A stretch of DNA of 64,000 nucleotides from a virus: positions 32,001 through 96,000 of IMG/VR virus record IMGVR_UViG_3300031857_000053; one strand, given 5' to 3'. Of the stretch, positions 10,179-19,400 are shown in pieces. The first letter of the stretch is position 1; every line of letters begins with the position of its first letter. The position numbers and the translations under genes were made by a program. The notes under the pieces were generated by a model that searched no databases, was not told the DNA's origin, and was given only the letters and a program-made list of their open reading frames with translations.

Positions 10179-12785
10179 ATGAAAAAAGTTAGAATAATAA
10201 GTTACCCAAAGTTACCAAAGGCAGCAGAGGGTATGGAAGTAAAAGGTTCTTCTAATGCTAAAACTTTAAATTGGCCAGCGCTTCTAGCTCAAAATTCTAA
10301 GAAGCCTATTAGTACTCGTAATACTTTAACTGAAGATCGTAAAGCAAAACCTAATCTTGAAGCTGAATTAGGAGAATATGTAGTAGCTAATCTTGATGGA
10401 TCAGGTTTACCAAGTGGTCATAAAATTGGTGGAAAAAAACATTATAATAATGGAACAAAACTTAATCTTCCAGAAGATAGTTTTATTTTTTCAGCAGCTA
10501 GAGAGATGGCTTTAAAAGGTTCTGAAATCTTAAATGAGTTTGGTATTACAAATAAAAAGCAATTAAAGAAAGGTGTTGTACCAGCTGATATAGCCAAAAA
10601 GCTTCCGGATATGAATAAGTATAGAGCAGTTCTAGCAGATCCAGATAGTGATAAAATGCAAAGGAAAACAGCGGAGATGATGCTTGCTAATATTAGTCTT
10701 AAGATGGCTAAGCTTGGTTTAGCTCAAGAATCATTAAAAGGATTTCCTCAAGGTATACCAAAAATATCTCAGCCATATGTTGATATGATGAACATGAATC
10801 CTGAAGAGTTCTTTACTCAAACTGAAGCTGAACCTGAAGAAGAGGGAGAAGAAGTAGAGGATACAGCAAAATATGGTAAACAAGTTGGACTACCTAAAGC
10901 TCAATTTGGAAGAGCTGTTAGAAGAGGCGGTGTTGCTTATAGATATAATCCGTCTACTAATATGATTGAGATTATAAATGCTCAAGGGAGAATTATAGGA
11001 TATGGTCGACCAGGTACTAATACGCAAGGTACTACTCAAACAACTAGTGGTGGTACTAGAACTGTTAAAACTAAAAAAATAGTTAAGAAACAAAACATAC
11101 CCGCAGATGCTATAATCATTGATCAAACTAATCCAGAATATAAAACAAAAAATGATTATATAAAAGCTAGAGATAAAGCTTTTGCTGAATCTGGTGATAA
11201 GCCTGTTTATACTAAAGATAAAGATGGTAAATATTATCAAGTTAATAAAGGAAAATATCTTAATGCAAAAAATGATCAAGAATTACTTGATCAACAAATA
11301 AAGCTAATTAAAGATAGATTTTCTAATCCTAAAGTAGCTGCAGCATTAAAACAAAAAATGTTAGAGGCATATGATAAAGATAAAGAATTTGGTAAAGATC
11401 AAGGATATCTTGGTAAGCAACCTGGTTTTACAAGAGCTGATATTGAGAACATGACTGAAGAAGAACTTGCTAAAAAGTTTATTGAGCTTAATGAAAGAAA
11501 TCTAAAAACAGCTAAATTATTTAATGTAAACAAAGAAGAATTAAAAAAAGTATATGAATGTTTTGATACTGAAAGTGGTAAATTACTTAGTAATAGTAAG
11601 TGTAAAGATGTTCCATATAAAACTTTAGATGAAGCATTTGCAAAAGCGGGACTACCACTTCCTCAAGAAAAAGCTGCTAGAAATAAAGAAGTTGGTATTC
11701 AACAATTATCTTATATAGGCTTTACCGAGTTATTAAAAGATAGAGATGCGGGTACTATAAAAGATGAAGAAACTAAAGAACTTATAAAACCTTTTATTCA
11801 AGATCAATTAGGAGCAAGTGATGAAAAATTTGGAGGTAAAGAAAAACAAAACTTTTCTAAAGCAGATGGAGTATATACTAATACTACTGCAGGTGAAATA
11901 GCTGGTATAGCTGGAGATGATATTATTGGAGAAGGATTAGTTGCAGAGGAAGATACAGAGATTGAAGAAGATGTTACTGTAAAAGATCCTCAGTATGTTT
12001 CACAATCTGGAGAAGCTCCTATTTTTAAACAAGATTTAATTAAAATAGCAGGTGCTCTTGGTGATGCTGCAAGATTAAAAAAGTATATGGCTTGGCAAGC
12101 TACTCCGGGTACTTTTACTGGGGAGCCTACTTTTTATAGTCCCGAAAGAGAACTAGCAAAGATAGGTGAGCAATCAGCTATGGCTATGAATAGTCTTGCA
12201 ACCTTTGCAGGTCCTCAAGCTTTATCATCTAGATTATCTGGTGTTACTGGACAAGCTGGTGCTGCTGCTGCTGATGTATTAGGAAAATATAATAATCTTA
12301 ATGTTGGTGTTCAGAATCAATTTGAGATGCAAAAAGCTCAAATTTTAAATCAAGCTGCTCAACAGAAAGCTGCTTTAAAGACAGCTCTTTTTGATAAGAA
12401 TACAATAGCTAATCAACAGTTTGATAATAGTAAAGCTTTAGCTCGTCAAAATATAAGACAAGGATATATTGATGCAATTACTAATGCTGTTAATGCGGCT
12501 AATCTAAACTTAGTTTACGATCAATATAAAACTGATCCAAGAAAAGGTGGTCTTGTTAGTTTTACTAATGGTAAACCAGTTACTCCAGAATACAATCCAG
12601 CAGATATGGCTACTCAATTTAATACTCTTAAGAGTAAACTTCCAGGTGTAGATGACGCTACAATCTATAAGTTATTGACTGGAGATAGAGGTACTACAGC
12701 TAGTAACAATAGTCAATACTTAAAAGATCTTAATACTACTATGAACTTTAATGCTGGACCATATGCTCAGCAAGAGGAAGTATAA
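10179..12785 (+). CDS. Virion cargo/ejection protein, 868 aa
   Basis: N-terminal EAE.GE ... GKKH..GT.LNLP..SFIFS domain typical of crAss-like structural proteins; Ala/Gln/Asn-rich helical C-terminus. Confidence 0.6.
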   Translation: MKKVRIISYPKLPKAAEGMEVKGSSNAKTLNWPALLAQNSKKPISTRNTLTEDRKAKPNLEAELGEYVVANLDGSGLPSGHKIGGKKHYNNGTKLNLPEDSFIFSAAREMALKGSEILNEFGITNKKQLKKGVVPADIAKKLPDMNKYRAVLADPDSDKMQRKTAEMMLANISLKMAKLGLAQESLKGFPQGIPKISQPYVDMMNMNPEEFFTQTEAEPEEEGEEVEDTAKYGKQVGLPKAQFGRAVRRGGVAYRYNPSTNMIEIINAQGRIIGYGRPGTNTQGTTQTTSGGTRTVKTKKIVKKQNIPADAIIIDQTNPEYKTKNDYIKARDKAFAESGDKPVYTKDKDGKYYQVNKGKYLNAKNDQELLDQQIKLIKDRFSNPKVAAALKQKMLEAYDKDKEFGKDQGYLGKQPGFTRADIENMTEEELAKKFIELNERNLKTAKLFNVNKEELKKVYECFDTESGKLLSNSKCKDVPYKTLDEAFAKAGLPLPQEKAARNKEVGIQQLSYIGFTELLKDRDAGTIKDEETKELIKPFIQDQLGASDEKFGGKEKQNFSKADGVYTNTTAGEIAGIAGDDIIGEGLVAEEDTEIEEDVTVKDPQYVSQSGEAPIFKQDLIKIAGALGDAARLKKYMAWQATPGTFTGEPTFYSPERELAKIGEQSAMAMNSLATFAGPQALSSRLSGVTGQAGAAAADVLGKYNNLNVGVQNQFEMQKAQILNQAAQQKAALKTALFDKNTIANQQFDNSKALARQNIRQGYIDAITNAVNAANLNLVYDQYKTDPRKGGLVSFTNGKPVTPEYNPADMATQFNTLKSKLPGVDDATIYKLLTGDRGTTASNNSQYLKDLNTTMNFNAGPYAQQEEV

Positions 12786-12823
12786 TATTTTAAATAAACT
12801 TTATAAGTGTAATAAACTTATAA

Positions 12824-12832
12824 TATTTTTGG
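12824..12832 (+). promoter_or_regulatory. Bacteroidota -7 promoter element (TAnnTTTG), TATTTTTGG
   Basis: In the largest intergenic gap of the structural block, 20 nt before the ATG at 12853. The same 9-mer occurs at 57003 and 59532. Confidence 0.55.
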
Positions 12833-12852
12833 ATAAATTTACAACATAAATT

Positions 12853-15800
12853 ATGGCAACTTATATACAAGGTGTAACCGATTATCTTCCACAGATCCAA
12901 CCTTTCCAACCGGATCTAAATTTTCTTGGAAATATTCTTCAAACAAAACAAAGTCGTTACGATGCGGCACATAAACAGTTAAGTAATGTTTACGGAACAA
13001 TGCTTAATTCGCCAATGTTACGTGATAAAAATATAAGTAATAGAGATAATTTTTTTAAGATGATTCAACAGGATATCCATAAGATGTCCGGAGTAGATCT
13101 TTCTTTACAGCAAAATGTAGATTCAGCTCAACAAGTTTTTAAAGCATTATATGATGATCAGGATATAGTTAAAGATATGACCTGGACTCGTAATTATAGA
13201 AATCAAAAAGAAAGAGGAGCTGCTTTTAAACTTTGTACTGATCCAGAAAAGTGTGGTGGTGGATGGTGGGAAGGTGGAGATCAATATCTCGATTATAAAG
13301 CTCAAGAATTTAAAAATGCTACTGATGAAGATGCTAGAAATTTTGGAGATGTAGAATATGTTCCTTATCAAAATTTCCAAAAAGATGCGATGAAGTGGGC
13401 AAAGGATATGGGATTTGAAATTAAGTATGATGATTTTTCAAAAGCACCTGGATATATAACTCATATAAAAAATGGTGAGGCAATGATCCAACCTTTAGCA
13501 AAACATTTTTTATCTGTATTTGGAAGTGATCCTAAGTATACAAAATACTTTGAAGCATTAGCATATAATACAAGAAAAGCTTGGGTTAATGCTAAGATTG
13601 GAGAATATAATAGTGAAGAAGAAGCAAGCTTAGCTTATATGGAGCAATTCTATACTGCTATTAATAATCAAGTAAAAGATGGTAAAAAACAAGCTGATGA
13701 AGATTCAGATGCAGCACAAGCTAAACTTACAATGGCTGAGAAGAATGCTGCAGAACAAGGAATCCAAGGTGATGAAAATGATTGGTTGCGTCAATTAAGC
13801 GGTTATAAAGATGAAGTAGAATCTATTAATAAAGTAAAAGATATTTATACTAATGCTGAGAATACTCTTAGCAATATGAATATTAACGCGAATAACATCA
13901 ATCTTTATCTTTCTAATTTTGATAAGATGATGGGTCTTCAAATGTTGGAGAGAGAATCTATTAATGCTTCTTCTGCTTATGCTAATCTTACTACTGAGGT
14001 TAGCTATGATGTAGATGCTAAACAATTAGCCGCAAGTGAGAGAGCTTACAATGAGCAAAAAGCTATAATGGAAGAAGGTTATGTAAAATATGATGAAAGT
14101 GGTAATCCTATTGAATATGTGCCGGGTAGAAAAGCTATGAAAGAAGCGTGGCTCGAAAGAGAAAAAGCAGGAATTGAAGGAGGTGTTACTACAGAACAAA
14201 GAAAAAGTTTAGCTAGAGAATATTTAGGAGGAGGATCAGAAGATGTTACATTTCTTCCTAAAGTAGCAGGTGCACAAACAGGTGAATTAGTTCCAGATTT
14301 AGCTACTAAAACTAATCTTGCAAAATCTAAAGCATTAGATGAAGAAAGTGTAAATTATAAAGCTAGTGCTAATGATTTTATTTTTACTCATTTTAAAAAT
14401 TATTATCAAAATAGTGCTGAAGCATTACAAAAACCTGATATTCAAAGAACATTAGGACAAGTCCTTTATTTAACTGATAAAAGTATAAAACCATCAGATT
14501 GGAATAAAGTAGTTAAAGGATTTCTTAATGGAGATCCAGAAGCAATGACTAAAGTAGAACAAGCATATAAATCAAATCCTGATATAGTATATAAAGCACT
14601 TTCAAAATTTTCTAGACCTAGTAAAATAAAAGCTTCTGGAAAAGGTCAATATAGTACTTTTTATAGCACAGCTTTTTCTAATATTACTAGTGATCCTGCT
14701 TATTTAGAAAACCTTGGAGCAATTGAAAAAAATATTCAAGAAACTACACAGGCTCAAGAAGGAATGAAGAATCTTCAAAATGAAAATAATAAAGTTGCAA
14801 CAAGTATTTTTAAAGCGCAAAATAAAAATCTTCCTTTTGTAAATCTTATTCCAGAATTAGTTAAAGCTGCAAAATATGGAACTTATAATCCTATTAATTC
14901 TCCATTTACAGAAGGTTCTTTAAATACACCTGCTGCTCATACTATAGATAATTGGACTAGTTTATTATCAAGTTTTTATAAAACAGCAAGAGGAAAAGTT
15001 ATATCTGATTTTGCGGATAAAAGAGCAGAAGCTATTAAAGATAATCCTTTATTAAATCAACTTACTGCAGAAGGTGGAAGATTAGTTTATAAAAGAACTA
15101 ACACTGCTTTAGATGAAGTTAATAAAATTTTCTTAGGAAAAAATACTGGAAAGTGGACACCTATTGATGATAAAGATGGAATAATTAATCAAAGATTAAT
15201 AGCTTTTGAAAAAGCTCAAGCTGATCCAACTTTATATAATAATCCTGATTCAGAAATTAATAATCTTTATAAAGATTGGCGTAAAAGTAAAATAAAAAAT
15301 ATTAGTTGGACAGGTGGTCTTGAAAATTTATTTATCCTTAAGCCAGGAAAAAAGAATCTTTCAGAGATTCAAAATCCTTTAAGAGCAATAAAAGAAGGAT
15401 TTACAGGTTCTATGGATGAGTTTATAGAAACTGAAATTAAACCATATAAATTGGGAACAGTTAAAGATAAAATAGCTTTTGATGTTCTTAAAGTTTATAA
15501 TAATGAAGATACTAAAAAATCTTGGTTATCTGCTTATGCTGAAAAAGCTAATTCTTGGATGGATCCAGATTATCAAGATTACTCAGATAGAAGTACTAGT
15601 TATGCTTCTGCAGTTTTTGAAATGAAGTTTAGTCCTGCAGAACCTACTGCAAATTTAGAAGCTTTAAGTTTAATTAAAGCTATTAATAATGCTAAGTCAC
15701 AAGGAGAATTAAAAATAGCAAGATATGGAGGGTTTCATGATAAAGAAGCTTTTATGACATCTTATGAAGAAAATGGTGAATTTTATGAAGAACAATATAA

Positions 15801-16395
15801 TCAAATTAATAATGATTTGAGAAGACAGCTTCAAGATCCAAAACTTGCAACAAAAGATGATGCTTTAAATTTAGATATAAAAATAGCTCCTAATGTTGCT
15901 TTTGGAGAAAAAGGAATGACAGCTGTTGAGATAAGAGTTCCTCAATCATATATTAATGCTCGTGCAACAAGTAATAAAGAAGGTCGTAATTTATTTACTA
16001 AAGAGTGGGGTAAAAATAAATTAATATTTCTTATGCCAGATACATTTTTACCAGAAGATATTAGAGCTAAAACTACAGGTAATAATGATGATATTGCTAT
16101 GAGAGGTTTACCAAAAACTTCTTATCCAGTGAATGATGGTGGAATAGTTGAATTTACAAAAGTTATTCCTGATCCTAGTCAACCTAATAATTATACATAT
16201 ACTGCACAGGTAACATTTTTTGTACCTGATCCTAATAATCCAGGTAATATAATACCGGTTTATGGTACACCAAAAACAGGTATAGGAAAAGATGTAGATT
16301 TTACAGCTTTAAAAAATGAACAAATAAGAATTCTTGAAGAACAAGCTCGTAAAAATAGACAAGATCCAAATTTTAAAAAAAAATTAAATCAATAA
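12853..16395 (+). CDS. Virion ejection/cargo protein, 1180 aa
   Basis: MATYIQGVTDY.P..QPFQPD.NF start and coiled-coil content; precedes the three giant genes as in crAss-like phages. Confidence 0.6.
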   Translation: MATYIQGVTDYLPQIQPFQPDLNFLGNILQTKQSRYDAAHKQLSNVYGTMLNSPMLRDKNISNRDNFFKMIQQDIHKMSGVDLSLQQNVDSAQQVFKALYDDQDIVKDMTWTRNYRNQKERGAAFKLCTDPEKCGGGWWEGGDQYLDYKAQEFKNATDEDARNFGDVEYVPYQNFQKDAMKWAKDMGFEIKYDDFSKAPGYITHIKNGEAMIQPLAKHFLSVFGSDPKYTKYFEALAYNTRKAWVNAKIGEYNSEEEASLAYMEQFYTAINNQVKDGKKQADEDSDAAQAKLTMAEKNAAEQGIQGDENDWLRQLSGYKDEVESINKVKDIYTNAENTLSNMNINANNINLYLSNFDKMMGLQMLERESINASSAYANLTTEVSYDVDAKQLAASERAYNEQKAIMEEGYVKYDESGNPIEYVPGRKAMKEAWLEREKAGIEGGVTTEQRKSLAREYLGGGSEDVTFLPKVAGAQTGELVPDLATKTNLAKSKALDEESVNYKASANDFIFTHFKNYYQNSAEALQKPDIQRTLGQVLYLTDKSIKPSDWNKVVKGFLNGDPEAMTKVEQAYKSNPDIVYKALSKFSRPSKIKASGKGQYSTFYSTAFSNITSDPAYLENLGAIEKNIQETTQAQEGMKNLQNENNKVATSIFKAQNKNLPFVNLIPELVKAAKYGTYNPINSPFTEGSLNTPAAHTIDNWTSLLSSFYKTARGKVISDFADKRAEAIKDNPLLNQLTAEGGRLVYKRTNTALDEVNKIFLGKNTGKWTPIDDKDGIINQRLIAFEKAQADPTLYNNPDSEINNLYKDWRKSKIKNISWTGGLENLFILKPGKKNLSEIQNPLRAIKEGFTGSMDEFIETEIKPYKLGTVKDKIAFDVLKVYNNEDTKKSWLSAYAEKANSWMDPDYQDYSDRSTSYASAVFEMKFSPAEPTANLEALSLIKAINNAKSQGELKIARYGGFHDKEAFMTSYEENGEFYEEQYNQINNDLRRQLQDPKLATKDDALNLDIKIAPNVAFGEKGMTAVEIRVPQSYINARATSNKEGRNLFTKEWGKNKLIFLMPDTFLPEDIRAKTTGNNDDIAMRGLPKTSYPVNDGGIVEFTKVIPDPSQPNNYTYTAQVTFFVPDPNNPGNIIPVYGTPKTGIGKDVDFTALKNEQIRILEEQARKNRQDPNFKKKLNQ

Positions 16396-16406
16396 ACTAA
16401 AGAGAG

Positions 16407-19400
16407 ATGGCAGATGTAATTTCAGAAGATATTAATTTATCTCTTCCAGATCCAGCAAATCTTGCAGCATCTGTTGCAGGTGGTGTAATGAATCCTCTTC
16501 TTAAAGAGTCTATTGATATTGATTTACCACAACCTCCTCCAAGATATCCAGTTGGTGTATCAGCAACAAATATGATACCTACTCAGACTAATGCATTAAC
16601 TGATTCTAATAGTTTAATAGAGCAAAGTAATAATAGTTTAGCAACAGCAAATCAATGGGCTCGTAATCCATATCAATATGGTAAGTTAAAAACTTATAAT
16701 GCTGATTCTGATGGAGCAAACTTTGCAAGATATGCAGCAGTACCTAGAGTGTTTAAAGAACAAGGCTTTTCTTTATATAGAGATAATGAAGCACTATATA
16801 ATGAGAATGCTACATGGTGGGATTATTTTAAAAGAAGTGCCGGTGCATCTTGGGAACTATTTAAAACAGGGTTTACAGATATGTTACCTTGGAATGCTTG
16901 GGATGGTAAATCATCAGATCTTGTAGCAGCAAAAGAGATGGAAAGATGGCACGCAATTGGTGCCGATAGTAGATCTGGAGTAGGATCTTTTATAAATAAT
17001 ATGACAGTAGATTCTGGATACACTTTTGGTATTCTTGGTGAATTTGCTGCAGAAGAAATAGCTCTTTGGGGAGCAACAGCTCTTTCTGGTGGAGCTCTTG
17101 GTGAAGTTGCTTTAACAAGAACTGGTAAAAAAATAGATGATGTTATAGATGCACTTAGTATAGAAAAATTTAGAGCAAAAGTAAATAAAGCTTATGATTG
17201 GATGAAGAGTCCTGATAAGATGAAAGATATTTATAGTTATGCTAAAGGAACTCTTAAACGTGCTGGTAAAACTTTAATACCTCAAACAGGAAGTTTTATA
17301 GCTAATGATATCATTGCTGCTGGTAAAAAAGGAGATCTTGTTTTTAATATGGCAAAAGCTTCAAAAGGATTTGGCGCTTTTTACCGAGATAGTCGAGCTG
17401 TAGCTGCAGTTTTATCTGAAGCATCTTTAGAAGGTGGTAGTGCAGAACTCATGGTAAGAGATCAATTGATTGATGGATTCTATGATAAAAACGGTAGACT
17501 TCCTAATGATAAAGAGATGTCGGCAATTTACAGTGAAGCAGCTAATGCTGGTAGAGAAACATATCTTTGGAATTTACCAGCTCTTTATATTTCAAATCAA
17601 ATAGTTTTTGAAACAGCTCTTAAAGGATTTAAACCTGCTGCTGTATTTAGAGAGGAATTAAGAACAGGATTAAGTGGACGATTGGCTTTTAATGAAGCTT
17701 GGAAAAAAGCTGGTGTAAAAGCTTGGACTACTGTTGAAGAAGGAGCACTACAAAGTTTTAAAAATATATTTAATCCTACTACATATAAACCTAAAAATCT
17801 TTTAAGAAATACTGTTGGTAAATTTGCTCTTTATACTAAAGAAAATTTAGCAGAAGGTTTACAAGAGGTATATCAAGATGCTGTTCAAAAGACAATGGTA
17901 GATTATTATTCTGCTAGATTTACGCATCCTGCTCTTTCTGGATCTAGATCTGTGTGGGGAGAGTTTGCAAAAAATATTGGTAATCCTAATTTAGAAACTT
18001 TTGCATCTGGATTTTTAATGGGATCTATGGTACAGATTCCACAAAAAATTGCTTTTAATTATTTACCTAAACAATTTTATAAACTTACAAATAGAGCTGA
18101 GTATGATAAAAATATGGCTCTACAACAAGAGCATACCGATAAAGTAGTAGATGCTATGAATTATTTTACTATGGGTGAAAAGTATTATGATTCTATTAAT
18201 GAAAATGCGGTAGTTCAATTAAATGGTAATGCTGAAGCTCAACAAGCTAATATGGCTGGTGATAAAAAAGCTTTTGGTGATATAACAGATGAGACAGAAG
18301 GAAATCACTTTATGACTTTACTTGAAAGTGGTAAATTAGATATTCTTGTAGATCAATTTAAAGATCTTAAAGGTCTTAATAAAGAAGCTTTAGAAGAAGC
18401 TTTTGGTCCAGTAGATAAATCTATAGCTGAAGATTCATATACATTTTATCAAAATAGACTTGATAACATGATTAAGAAATCTGAACAATTAAAAAAATTA
18501 TACGAGACTGCAGAAAGAGAAATAGGTGATGGTCCTTTTCATCCTAGTACAGTTGATGGAAAAAAAGATCCTAAATTATATGAAGCCATGATGCAAGGAG
18601 CTATTGCTCACAAGATGGCTAAAAGAGATTTTGTATTACAAAATTATTCTTTCTATAGAACTCTTCAGAGAGTAGATAGTCTTACTAATAATTTAGTTTC
18701 AAATAGTGAGTTAGCTAAAACATCAGCTTCAGATTTAATGTTAGCTACTTCTCCTCAATTGATGGTCGATGAAATAGCTATTACAAAAAAATTATTAGAA
18801 GGTTATAAAACAATTGAAAAAGATCCTGATAATAAATCAAAGATTCAATCACTTGAAGAAAGATTAGAATATCTAGAAGAATTACAAAGTGCAATAGAAG
18901 GTATTACAGTAGCTCAAAAATTAGAACCTAGTAGAGAATTAGGTACTCAAGTAAAAGAAATAGAAGATGCTGATAAAGCAGCTAGAATAGATGAAGGTAC
19001 TGTAGTTAAAAATAAAAAAGGAAAAGAGCATAAAGTATCTTATGTAAAAAAAGGTGATGCATATAATAGTAAAGGTGAAAAAATTGGAAAGTTAAAAGAT
19101 CTTGATATTGTTAGTCAACCGGAAGGCAAAGAGGAAAAAGATGCTATGACATATGCAACAGAAAGATTATTCAATGCATATTCACAGTGGATGAAATACT
19201 CAGCTAAAGTAAATAACAATGATAATGTAACAGATAGAGCTATTGAAAAATCATTTGCTGATTTCCGAGATATTTATTTATTAAAACAAGATTCTAAATT
19301 TTTAGGTGAAACTATTCAAACTCTTTTAAATCCTAATTATTTTAGAGTATATACTGAAAGATTAAGAAATGTTATTGCTGATATAGATAAATCTCGAAAA

